DNA of 28,387 nt from Octopus sinensis (taxonomy: Eukaryota). Made by a program: the position numbers and the translations under genes. Of the stretch, positions 9,591 to 21,078 are shown piece after piece. The stretch is from NCBI RefSeq assembly GCF_006345805.1, contig NW_021833368.1, positions 1-28,387 of the forward strand, read 5' to 3'. Under the pieces are notes generated by a model, which saw only the letters and a list, made by a program, of their open reading frames with translations, had not been told where the DNA came from and searched no databases. Within the stretch, counting starts at the first letter, position 1; each line of letters opens with the position of its first letter.

Positions 9591-10051
9591 TAATAGAAGG
9601 GTAAAATTTATTAATCAAATTAATTAATCAATTAATCAATTAATTAACATTTTTACCATGGAGATCGGTACGTTAAAATAACCTTTATAGGTAAAATTAT
9701 CCACATAATTATAATTAGGGTTCCGCTAACAGCTTCACCACATACCGAAATTAGAAAAATGAGTTAGAAATAACTTTTCTACTACTATAAGAATCTCCAT
9801 GACGGTAAACATACTTTTTTATGAAATATTATACTGAAGAGAGAATTAAGTAAAACGTAAATCACTTTAATCTCGAAACGCGTATATAATTAATCCTGGT
9901 CGTGTTCATTCATTGTTTTTCTCTTTGCCTTCATAAAAAAGTATGTTTACCGTCATGGAGATTCTTATAGTAGCAGAAAAGGAATATTTAACTCCTATTT
10001 CTAATTTCGGTATGTGGTGAAGCAGTTAGCTGAACCCTAATTATAATTATG
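9591..10051 (+). mobile_element. Fold-back hammerhead element, copy 2
   Basis: Arms 9704-9825 and 9930-10051 are reverse complements around a ~105-bp core; the outer part of the right arm is replaced by a CA/TA microsatellite. Confidence 0.85.
9828..9890 (+). ncRNA. Minimal type I hammerhead ribozyme, GUA cleavage after 9884
   Basis: Stem I ATTATA/TATAAT, CTGAAGA (9834-9840), stem II GAGA(A)TTAAG/TTTAATCTC, GAAA (9875-9878), palindrome ACGCGT, A. Confidence 0.87.
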
Positions 10052-10240
10052 CACACACATACACACACACATATGTATATATATATATATATATATACAT
10101 ATATACATATATATATATGTTTATATATATATACACACATATATAATATATGTATATATATATGTATGAATATATATATCCACATACACACACACATATA
10201 TATATATATATACACATATGCATACACACATCTGTATACG
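10052..10240. repeat. Compound CA/TA microsatellite
   Basis: Directly visible. Confidence 0.95.
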
Positions 10241-10935
10241 TAAATATGTGTGTATTGTTATCGTATCTATATATGTATCTATATGTATGCGAGGATACAT
10301 ATAAAAAGTAGATATCTATAAGAATCGAATATTAATGTCCCTCCTTATTTTCAATAGCCAATTATTAAAAATTAACTTATTGCCCACTTAAATATGCTTG
10401 GACGCAATCTTTTAATACAAATCACAAATCACAGCCTGTCTATGACCACGAACGCCATACAAATTTAAAATTTCGCACATTTGCTTACGTACATGCTTCA
10501 ATGAACCCTACCAATAAAAAGAAAGAAAAAACCCCATTCATTAACTATCTGCAGTAAGCGTAACTAATTTAAACAGATACTTTAGTTCAAGTTAGGTAGA
10601 TACATAATTTGAACTAAACGAACACTTGCACGACTATAACAATATCTATTAAATTACATATGCTTTGGAACCACTATGCTCCATTCACAAGACGAATAAA
10701 AAAATATATATGAGAGAGGAAACTGCAAAAGCTTTCCAGTTTGACGACGATAAATGATACGACATTTCGAAGTCACAGTCTACAATTATTTTAGTTAAAA
10801 TGTAAATTTGATATTCAAGTTAAAGGTATTCTGTACTATTTCAATTGAAGTATGACTATTTATAGACGAACAGTAACATACACACACATATGTTATATAT
10901 TTAAAAAATTTTATTTTTTTATTCATTCTCGCTCT

Positions 10936-11335
10936 TTTCTCTCTTTTACTTGTTTCAGTCATTTGACTGCGGCCATGCTGGAGCACCGCCTTTAGTCGAG
11001 CAAATCGACCCCGGGACTTATTCTTTGTAAGCCCAGTACTTATCCTATCGGTCTCTTTGTCGCCAACGCGCTAGTATCGGGGACGTAAACACAGCATCGG
11101 TTGTCAAGCAATGCTAGGGGGACAAACACAGAACACACAAACACACACACACATACCATATATATATATACATATATACGACGGGCTTCTTTCAGTTTCC
11201 GTCTACCAAATCCACTCACAAGGCATTGGTCGGCCCCGGGGCTATAGCAGAAAACACTTGCCCAAGATGCCACGCAGTGGGACTGAACCCGGAACCATGT
11301 GGTTGGTTAGCAAGCTACTTACCACACAGCCACTC
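10936..11335 (-). mobile_element. tRNA-derived SINE family B, full length
   Basis: Minus strand head GAGTGGCTGTGTGGTAAG..GGTTCAGTCCC, CTTGGGCAAGTG motif, internal (TA)/(TG) tract, tail CAGTCAAATGACTGAAACAAGTAAAAGAG; about 10 copies in the window. Confidence 0.88.
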
Positions 11336-11411
11336 GCATAACCCTACTTTATTTAAATCCTTTTTATGATGTGTTTTGTCTGAATGAATGGGCGATAAGA
11401 TGGTGACTAAA

Positions 11412-11790
<379 letters not shown>

Positions 11791-12304
11791 TATTTCTAGC
11801 TTTGGTAAAACTCCATTATTTGTGCTCTACACTGTGGACTAAATTTCACTGAGTTTCATAAAAAGATTGGTTTACTGTTTGTGTCTTATTATGTGGAATT
11901 ATTTAATGAGGTGAAGATTTTCGTTTATACGTCTCTTTTGTCAACTTTATTGAGAGAAAAACACGACATTTTGAAAATATTTTCATCGTTAGCCGACACT
12001 GAATACAAAAGGCCGATCGGGCACGCCTCCTCAACGGACAAAACCATTTGGGCCGACGATACACAAAAACTTTAAAATATTATAAATGGAAATATGAATA
12101 TTTAAAAAAATATGCATGCCTCATAAACACCAGATAAATCATTATGTACTCGGTGGTTTTGACACGAATAAGTATTTATGAGAAGGGGCTTCAACAATAA
12201 ACACAGCAACAATAGTAAATATTGTGCCAAATAGTGAGGCTTTAGACTTGCGTAGGTTTCTGTTGGAGATGCAAAGTTGTTAGAAGTCTGTTGTGAAAAC
12301 TCTG

Positions 12305-12437
12305 CCTGCCTGTCTGTCTGTTTCTGTCTGTCTGTCTTTCTGTCTGTCTCTGTCTGTCTGTCTCTGTCTGTCTTTCTGTCTGTCTCTGTCTGTCTGCCTA
12401 TCTCTGTCTATTTCTGTCTGTCTGTCTACCTCTCTCT
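12305..12437. repeat. Degenerate (TCTG)n microsatellite
   Basis: Directly visible. Confidence 0.9.
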
Positions 12438-12746
12438 ACTCGCCTTTGGATTCTTTCACTACTTAGTAAAAAGTTGAGATACTCGAGTCCAAATATAATG
12501 AAAGAGATTTAGCCGATATTTGGGCAATATTTTTCAAAGGAAGGAGAGGAATCATCAGCTGCTGCTATCTATCTGCATTTCAGGACTGATGAGAAAAAAA
12601 AACACAGACGGTCTGAAGTGCTAAGACCCACGCTCATCCATGTACCACACCAACCCATGGGTGTGGTGAGGCATTGCTAGCTGGACAGCTTGTGAGAGCA
12701 AATTACCAAGGAGCAATTTATGGTCGAGTGGGATCTGTATGGGTAG

Positions 12747-12893
12747 CATGACTTTATAACTTTACAAAACCACAATGTCTTTACACAGCTGCGTTCTGTC
12801 GTAGACATAGATACACAGCTAATTAGATTGACAGTACAGCGAAGACGGTCGAACTGTTATACATGTAAGAGCAAGGGCCATTTGAGGCCAGTT
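12747..12893 (+). pseudogene. Possible decayed retroelement gag/ORF1 zinc-knuckle fragment
   Basis: Frame reads ..QRRRSNCYTCKSKGHLRPVEG*; CX2CX4H present, last Cys absent. Confidence 0.3.
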
Positions 12894-12924
12894 GAGGGGT
12901 GAATAAAACAATAGTCAACAGCAC

Positions 12925-13050
12925 TGTAGTTGTTCCATCTCTATGTTCCGAATTCAAATCCCATCGAAGGTAACATTACGTTTCATTCTTCTGGGGGGGG
13001 GGGTCGATAAAATAATGCAGAAGTCAAAACATGGATCGATATGATTGACT
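12925..13050 (+). mobile_element. SINE family A, degenerate
   Basis: GAATTCAAATCC box and GGGGTCGATAAAATAA body. Confidence 0.55.
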
Positions 13051-13084
13051 GTCATTGTGTCTAGGTTAGAAACACCATCAGTAT

Positions 13085-13292
13085 CCTTTCTACTATAGGT
13101 ACAAGGTCTGAAATTTTGAGAAGGGGTGGTCGATTTCATCGACGCCAGTATTTGACAGGTACTTTATCTTTATCGACGCCGAAAAGGATGAAAGCTAAAG
13201 TTAACCTCAGCGGTATTTGAACACATCACATGAAAACGAACGAAATGACACTGAGTATTGTTTGCCATTGTGCTAACGATTCTGCCAGTTGA
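13085..13292 (-). mobile_element. SINE family A, degenerate
   Basis: Reverse complement of family A head and body. Confidence 0.7.
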
Positions 13293-13344
13293 AAACTATT
13301 ATTAATTTCAACATTCATAAGGACGACAGACTGGCAGTAATCTT

Positions 13345-13766
13345 TTTTTTTCTGTTTTCTTTATTGCCTAGAAGGGGCTAAAAATAGAGGGGACGAACAA
13401 GGACAACAGGATTTAGTCGATTACATCGACCTCAGTGCGTAACTGGTACTAAATTTATCGACCCCGAAAGGATGAAAGGCAAAGTCGACCTCGGCGGAAT
13501 TTGAACTCAGAATGTAACCGCAGACGAAATACCTATTTCTTTAGTACCCACATGGGGCTAAACACAGAGAGAACAAACAAAGACAGACAAACGGATTCAG
13601 TCAATTACATCGACCCCAGTGTGTAACTGGTACTTAATTTATCGACCCCGAAAGGATGAAAGGCAAAGTCGACCTCGGCGGAATTTGAACTCAGAACGTA
13701 ACGGCAGACGAAATACGGCTACGCATTTCGCCCGGCGTGCTAACGTTTCTGCCAGCTCGCCGCCTT
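13345..13766 (-). mobile_element. Dimeric SINE family A (full unit plus headless second unit) with a 15-bp TSD
   Basis: Units 13531-13766 and 13357-13530; TSD ACTGGCAGTAATCTT (13330-13344) / ACTGGCCGTAATCTT (13768-13782). Confidence 0.88.
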
Positions 13767-13809
13767 AACTGGCCGTAATCTTAGTAAGTTGGACAATATG
13801 TCTTGGAGT

Positions 13810-13885
13810 ATAGACGTTCTGAGTTCAAATGTCACCGAGGCCAACTTTGCCTTTCCTTCTTTTAGGGTCGATAAAATGAAACACG
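13810..13885 (+). mobile_element. SINE family A fragment
   Basis: CGTTCTGAGTTCAAAT..CTTTGCCTTTC..GGGTCGATAAAAT. Confidence 0.65.
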
Positions 13886-13999
13886 AACCAATTACTGGAG
13901 TTGATTTTAACGACTAACTTTCTTTCACAAATTCCTGGTTTTGAACCAAATATCACAAGCACTATGATTGCCGTGGTGAATGTGGTAAACTTACTAAGA

Positions 14000-14295
14000 C
14001 CTAAGTCTATCATGAGCTTTTGGACTCATGAGGCCGGGGATTGATCTGGTTTCCATAGCGAATGAGTGACTGAGAGTACAGAACTCACCACCGGATGGGA
14101 CGCCAATCTATCCCAGGTTTAACTGCTCATTTATTCCTGGAACTCATTTACAGCTGAATGGAGTGGAGCTGAATGGAGTGGAGCTGAATGGAGTGAAGTG
14201 TTTTGTTGAGGAACGCAAAAAGTTCTGCTTGTTCCAGAAAAGACGATTTTAGAATCATGAGCCCAACGCTCAAACCATTAAGGCCACGCACCTTC
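14000..14295 (-). mobile_element. Old tRNA-derived SINE (family C head, different central domain and tail) with an internal 15-bp triplication
   Basis: Minus head GAAGGTGCGTGGCCTTAATGG; AGCTGAATGGAGTGG x3 at 14152-14196; 3' part recalls the Meta domain of metazoan SINEs (from memory, unverified). Confidence 0.55.
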
Positions 14296-14984
14296 TAAAT
14301 CAGTGACTAAAACCTCCGAGTCAACTCAGTATCCTAGTTTCGATCCCCTCTTACCACAGTTTCATTTTCATTTACGACGTCAATATCCCCGAGAAAGGCA
14401 TTTACGTTAAAGCATTTCATTTCGCCTTCCCAGTAAATATAAGACGATACTCGTATATAAACGTAAAATGGTATTTGTTATCTTGTAGCCTACAATTAAA
14501 ACAGTACCATTCGTTATTGTGTTCCTTCTATCTGCATCAACCACACACAGCCACATTTACGTGCGCATATATTAAAATATACATGTATACACACATACAC
14601 GCACACATACACACACGGACACGCACCCACACATTTTCCTCTATACATACTTATGTATAAACACACGCACATCTACACACACACACACATATTCACAAGG
14701 ACATGTCTGCAGACAAATATCTACGCAAAGATACACACACATATCAACGTACAAAGATGTTTTGTTCTTTTATATTGCTATAACAATGAGGGTTTAGGCT
14801 TCGTTTTAACCTCGAGGCTCATAGAATACTTTATGCTTTATTTCATGAACGAATCTATGTTTTATCTCCTATTACTCACGTGTCGTTTGAACCACGGGGA
14901 AATAAGATGTAAACGATGACTAAGTTGAAGCTAAGACTTACATTTATACAACATTTAGGACATTAAAAGCAAAAACTAATCCAA

Positions 14985-15019
14985 AAGAAGAAGGAGAATA
15001 AGAAGAAGAAGAAGAGGAA

Positions 15020-15054
<35 letters not shown>

Positions 15055-15360
15055 ATAAGAAGAAGAAGATAATGAAGAAGAAGAAGAAGGAGAAGAAGAA
15101 GAAGAAAGAAGAAGAGAAGAAGAAGAAAAAGAAAAAAAAGAAGAAGAAGAAGAAGAAAAAGAAAAAGAAGAAAAGAAGGGAAGAAAAAGAAGAGAAGAAA
15201 AAGAAGAGAAACAAAAGAATAGGAAGAAGAAGAAGAAGAATCAGAGGAAGAAGAAGAAGAAGAAAAGAAGAGGAAGAAGAAGAAGAAGAGAAGAGAACAG
15301 AGAAGAAGAAGAAGAAGAAGAAGAAGAAGAAGAAGAAGAAGAAAAAGAACAACAACAACA
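14985..15360. repeat. Long imperfect (GAA)n polypurine tract
   Basis: Directly visible; source of the poly-K/E and poly-F ORFs. Confidence 0.97.
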
Positions 15361-15909
15361 GCAAATATATGTTTTTTAGGAATTTTTGGTTGTTTTTTTC
15401 CATTTCCTGACTTCCATTGTTTTTATTGCATTTGATGATTTTTGCTCAGAATTTAATCTAAGAAAATAACTGAGACTCTCCATAAAGCGAACCTAAAAGA
15501 ATATCTTAAGATGTAGAAGTTAAAAAACGACGGCAGAATTTGGATGGAATCGATATATATATAAAAAAAAAAGAATTAACTGAAAAAAAAAAAATAATAA
15601 ATGAATAATTGAAAGAGGTAAATCTTACTATGAAATGAAAGAAAAAAATCTGAATGAAATAAAAAGAGGAAAATATATAATAAAAGAAAAAGTGTGAAGT
15701 GTATTTGATTGGTTGAGATGCGGGGGTGTTTTACCGGAAATACTATTTTGGCTTTCAAACTGGTAAACTATATATGGCTTTTATTGATGCTGTGTTCTTC
15801 AAAGTGCAGCAGGATTTATTTACTTTTTAGATACAAGGAAATAATTTAATTTGCGAAAATGTGTGGTCGAAATGAAAGTAAGTAAATAAGACATAAATAT
15901 TCGGGAGAA

Positions 15910-15933
15910 ATAAATAGATAGATAAATAGATAA

Positions 15934-15986
<53 letters not shown>

Positions 15987-16030
15987 CTAATCTCTCTCTT
16001 TCTCTCTGTCAATCTATTTATCTATCTACC
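15910..16030. repeat. (GATA)n/(TATC)n tetranucleotide microsatellite
   Basis: Directly visible. Confidence 0.9.
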
Positions 16031-16167
16031 TATTTTTATGTGTGTATGTATGTGAGCGTGTTTGTGTGGGTGAGCGTGTTTGTGCGTGTGTGCGTGTGTG
16101 TGCGCGCGCATAGGTAGATTGATTGATGTTATTGTAGATAAATTGTAAGATACATAAAACGAAAATT

Positions 16168-16430
16168 GTTATGTATGTATGTATGCATGTATATATATAT
16201 ATATGTTTTACATATATATGTATATATATATAATGTATATATATGTATATATGTATATATGTATATATATATGTATATATATGTCTATATATATATGTGT
16301 ATATATGTATATATATATACACATGTATATATATATGTGTATATATGTATATATATACACACATATATATATGTATATATATATGTGTATATATGTGTAT
16401 ATATAGATATATGTGTGTGTAAATATATAT
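16168..16430. repeat. Compound TA/TG/CA microsatellite
   Basis: Directly visible. Confidence 0.95.
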
Positions 16431-16683
16431 GGGAGATTGTAGTGAAGTTTTGGCATGGAGAGTTAGAGTAACCCCGAAGAGGACACCATTGTGAAGTGCG
16501 AAAGGTCCCAAGCACCTGTGTAGAATAAGAACTAGGTACACCAGCAGCTTACATTTCAAGCCCCCACGGCAGTTTAATATATTACCGAGAAACCTAAGGG
16601 TTAAACATGAAGTGGTGAGGGAATAGATGTTTTCAAGAGGCATCTTTTGCTGCCCAAGATCACATATGAATCTACATTTTAAA

Positions 16684-17002
16684 GACTCCGCCGGTTACGA
16701 CGACGAGGGTCCCAGCTGATACGATCAACGGAACAGCTTGCTCGTGAAATTAACGTGCAAATGGCTGAGCATTCCACAGACACGTGTACCCTTAACGTAG
16801 TTCTCGGGGATAATCAGCGTGACACAGAGAGTGACAAGGCTGACCCTTTGAAATACAAGTACAACTCATTTTTGCCAGCTGAGTGGACTGGAGCAACGTG
16901 AAATAAAGTGTCTTGCTCAAGGACACAACGCGTCGCCGGGAATCGAACTCACAACCTTACGATCATGAGCCGAATGCCCTAACCACTAAGCCACGCGCCC
17001 TC
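16684..17002 (-). mobile_element. SINE family C (tail type 2)
   Basis: Minus head GAGGGCGCGTGGCTTAGTGG..GAGTTCGATTCC and the same central domain as 6401-6745, but an unrelated 3' half. Confidence 0.88.
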
Positions 17003-17127
17003 TGAATCTACATTGCACAAGAAACTTCAATGAGGGCAACAATATCAAACTCCTTCATTCAGGAAAAACTAGCCACGTACGAACGACCATTGAAAAAGCT
17101 GCTAAAAACAACGGTGCCCAAGCATAC

Positions 17128-17530
17128 TCTTTTACTCTTTTACTTCTTTCAGTCATTTGACTACGGCCATGCTGTAGCACCGCCTTTAGTCGAGCATATC
17201 GACCCCCAAGGCGTATTCTTTGTAAGCCTAGTACTTATTCTATCGGTCTCTTTTGCCGAACCGCTAAGTTACGGGGAAGTAAACACACAACCACCGGTTG
17301 TCAAGTGATGTTGGGGTGAGAAACAGACACACGAACATATACACACACACATATATATACATATATACGACGGGCTTCTTTCAGTTTCCGTCTACCATAT
17401 CCACTCACAAGGCTTTGATAGATCCGAGGCTATATTAGAAGGCACATGCCCAAGGTGCCACGCTGTGGGACTGAACCCGGAACCATGTAGTTGGTAAGCA
17501 AGCTACTTACCACACAGCCACTCCTACGCC
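17128..17530 (-). mobile_element. SINE family B, full length
   Basis: Colinear with 10936-11335. Confidence 0.88.
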
Positions 17531-17569
17531 TGGGCACAAGATTTGAACTGGATCGCATAAAAATCTCTC

Positions 17570-17608
<39 letters not shown>

Positions 17609-17640
17609 ACACGCACACGCAAACACACACATATATATGT

Positions 17641-17940
17641 GAGGGTGCATGGCTTAGTGGTTACAGTGTTGCACTCACGATCGCTAGGACGTGATTTCAA
17701 TTCCTAGACTGGGTGGCGCGTTGTGTTCTTGAGCAAAACACTTCACCTCACGATGTCCTCGATCACTTCGACACCTGAGAAGTGGCACACAGTGCATCTG
17801 TTCAGATAACGTCGATTTGATTAAGGGAGAGAGTGAGAAAACCTGCGGCACGAACATTTGATCACTCTAAACAAATCATTTATGTGCAGGCCGTTCGGCA
17901 AAAGCTGAACACTCATTGGTCCTCTTGGATGGAAGAGTCC
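17641..17940 (+). mobile_element. SINE family C-type head with tail type 3
   Basis: GAGGGTGCATGGCTTAGTGG head and GCGTTGTGTTCTTGAGCAAAACACTTCA motif, then a distinct 3' half. Confidence 0.7.
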
Positions 17941-17976
17941 CTCATATATAAGCATAAATATATTCTTCTTTTTTGT

Positions 17977-18310
17977 TCTTTTATTTGCTTCAGTCATTTG
18001 ACTGCGGCCATGCTGGAGCACCGCCTTTAGTCGAACAAATCGACACCAGGACTTATTCTTTGTTAGTAAACCTCGGTCTCTTTTTCCGAACCGCTAGATT
18101 ACGGGGATGTAAACACATCAACATCGGTTGTCATGCGAGGGTGTGAGGAACAAACAGACACACAAACATATACACACACGGCTTCTTTCTGTTTCCGTCT
18201 ACTAAATCCATGCACAATGTTTTGGTCGACCCGAGGCTATAGTAGAAGACACTTGCCGAAGGTGTCACGTAGTGGGACTGAACAGAACCATGTCGTTGGT
18301 AAGCAAGCTA
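17977..18310 (-). mobile_element. SINE family B
   Basis: Colinear with other B copies. Confidence 0.85.
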
Positions 18311-18639
18311 ATTTATTTCAAAACATTTTGCCATTAAAGCATGATACAGAATAGCTTGCGGGCTGAACATAAACATTGATGAGATGAATGATGAAATAAA
18401 ATGATATTAATGGAAGAAGACAAAAAACGCCCACCGATTTTTTGCTTCTCTAAGAGGTACTGAACCACTTCCGTTTTTACAATTATTGGACTTAATAATC
18501 CATCTACGAATTAAAACATTAATTTTTACACAAAAAACAAAACGAGGTATTGAACCTCCTACTTTCGTTTTTTCAATTTTTGGACTTAACAGTCCATTTA
18601 CAAATTGAGGCGCTGAGCCTCTTACACACTTAAACATTA

Positions 18640-19640
18640 TAACACTGAGGCTTTTCAACCTCTTGTCAATTTTCCTCCCAAACATCGCTTGTGCCCGTAT
18701 ATTCCGCCATCACCCACGCCTCGTTTAAAATCAAGGCGGACTCCGAGTCGGCATCGCCCAGCCATAAGCGATATTCATCTTTGAGTCCCTCCAGCCTAGG
18801 TATCAAGGGCAACGTTATGGCCTCCACATCTATCCACGGATGCCATTCGGGTTCCCGTGTGAAATTTAAAGGTATTCCATTATAGTGTTTTTCCACCACC
18901 TTTTCTACATCTCCACCTCTGTAGAAGAAGATCAATAATTTGTCTTCCTCCGGGGTCGCGGTAGTCAATTCTACCATTGGCGGCACAATTCCCGCCAACG
19001 GTGTCTCTTCCTCTGTCGGTGGCACAACCGACGAGGTTCCGGGACATTCCGGAGCTATGTCCTCAACACCACTGTTCTCTCATTAAAGTTTTCCCCCACT
19101 GTTTGGGGGTCACAATATGCCACTCCAATTCAGTGTTTTTGTTTTGTTGCTATGTTCGTAAAGGAAAAAAAAAAGAAAATTGTTCAACACAAAATCCAAA
19201 ATTTTCCAAATAAAAAGTCCAATAAAAAAACAAAAAAGAACAGAAAGACAGCCGAGAAAAAGAACGAAGGAAGACAGTTAAATTCACAATTCCGCCAATC
19301 AGGTAATCCACAAGAATACAGGTACTCCAGTTCACCGTCGCAGCACACAATAATTCCTCCACGAATTCATAAATTTTCCAAATTTTGGTATCGAGACACG
19401 CCCACCAAAACAACAATTCTCACAGCTAAGTGAGTCACTCGGCGCGACCGCAGCAGACAAATGTCTAGAACCCAGTGAGGATTTCTTATTCGAGAAAAAA
19501 AAACAATATAAAAAGAAATAAAAGTTCTCCACCGAATCCCTAAAAAGACAGATGCCTACCTTATAGTCGCACCTTCAGCGGGTCTTTAATTCAAGCGGGC
19601 TTCCAAGCACGTCTTGACAGTGTTCACACTCGTAAGTGAA
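18640..19640 (-). mobile_element. Probable decayed 5' end (5' UTR plus ORF1-like region) of a non-LTR retrotransposon
   Basis: Locally GC-rich, non-repetitive, protein-like frame ENSGVEDIAPECPG..DKLLIFFYRGG..VWEEN*QEVEKPQCYN (includes the 119-aa ORF 18666-19025) with frameshifts and stops, preceded by a T-rich leader; family not established. Confidence 0.38.
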
Positions 19641-19734
19641 TGACAAACTCACGCATACGCAAGCGAGGTTATCAAGCTGGTAAGCAAGCTACATACTACA
19701 CAGCAACTCACGCGCTTATGTATATCTTGTATAT

Positions 19735-20117
19735 TTTACGTCAGTCATTAGACCGCGGCCATACTGGAGCACCACCTTGAAGAAATTTTGTCGAATGAAT
19801 TGAAACCGGTTTATATATTTTTTTAAAATCATGGTACTTATTCTATTGAACTCTTTTGCTTAAACGATCAATTACAGGAAAGTAAACACACTAACACCGG
19901 TTATCTAATGCCAATGAGGTCAAACACAGACACCGACCCCCCCCCCCCCGCACACACACACACACACACACATAACGACGGGCTCTTTTCTTTTTACAAC
20001 ATACACTCATAAAGTTTTGGTCGGTTGGAGGCTATAGTAGAAGACACTTGCCCAAGGTGAACCCCGAAACACGTGGTTGGGAAGCAACACTTCTTACCCC
20101 TCAGCCACGCCTACACC
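19735..20117 (-). mobile_element. SINE family B, degenerate
   Basis: Colinear with other B copies. Confidence 0.8.
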
Positions 20118-20119
20118 TA

Positions 20120-20291
20120 TGCATATATATAATATACTAATATATATATTATATATATATATATATTACATATAGTATATATATCTATTTATATTACATA
20201 TATATATGCATATATATATTGTGTGTATACATATATATATAATATATATATATATATGTATATATAAAATATAGATATAATACATATATAA

Positions 20292-20340
<49 letters not shown>

Positions 20341-20392
20341 ATATATATATATATACGTACATACATACTTACATGTGTGTGTGTGTGTGTAT
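20120..20392. repeat. Compound TA/CA microsatellite
   Basis: Directly visible. Confidence 0.95.
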
Positions 20393-20895
20393 GAACTAGT
20401 GCATATGTGATGGAAAGGGAAGTCAGAAAGTGAATAGCTTTGTGTATCTCTGTCTGCGTGAATATGAATGAGATCTGGTGGGCCGGTGTGACCATAAAAA
20501 TTATGTATGGAATATTGGTGAAAGAAAACCATTGACATCGTCTATAAAATCGTGAACCATGTTATACTTTAATAATTGTTCGGCCATGCGCATACATACG
20601 CACACAACCACACGAGCACACACATACACGCACACGTGCACACACGCACACACATATACACCTATGTACGTACACATGTTTGTGTACGCAAGAATATCAA
20701 CTTGTATACTTGCATATGAAATTATATGTTGCTCAGGTACTTAACTACAAGTCCAGAGCATCTTATGGCAGATACAGCTTGAAGCTAATGAAGTCCATAA
20801 AATAATCGTTTATTCCCCAGTCATTACATGTTATTTGATATATATATATATCCTTGTTTCTCTCCTTTTTTTTCTCTCCTTGTTTTTTCTGCGTA

Positions 20896-20933
20896 TCTTT
20901 CTGTCGAAGAGCGTAGGCTCGAAACGTAAAAGA
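20896..20933 (+). ncRNA. Ultra-minimal hammerhead motif with one core substitution
   Basis: Stem I TCTTT/AAAGA, CTGTCGA (A6U) plus A, stem II GAGC-GTAG-GCTC, GAAA, palindrome ACGT, GUA site after 20928; inside a ~180-bp segment between (TA)n tracts. Confidence 0.6.
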
Positions 20934-21047
20934 CTTTTTCTATTTATATTCCTGAGCGCATACTAATACATTTGTTTGTTTGTACTCCACCTGCCTTCGT
21001 CTTTTGTTTATTTTCGTAAACTTTCCCTATATATATATATATATAGA

Positions 21048-21078
<31 letters not shown>

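Noticed and set aside
10581-10618. 10-bp hairpin TTTAGTTCAA/TTGAACTAAA
   Set aside because: Short AT-rich stem with no supporting context
12545-12610. CTGATGA matches on both strands
   Set aside because: No stem II closing onto GAAA and no helix III
16465-16530. CCGAAGA-GGAC..GTCC-CAAG-CACCTGTG-TA hammerhead-like pattern
   Set aside because: Needs three core changes and has no stem I
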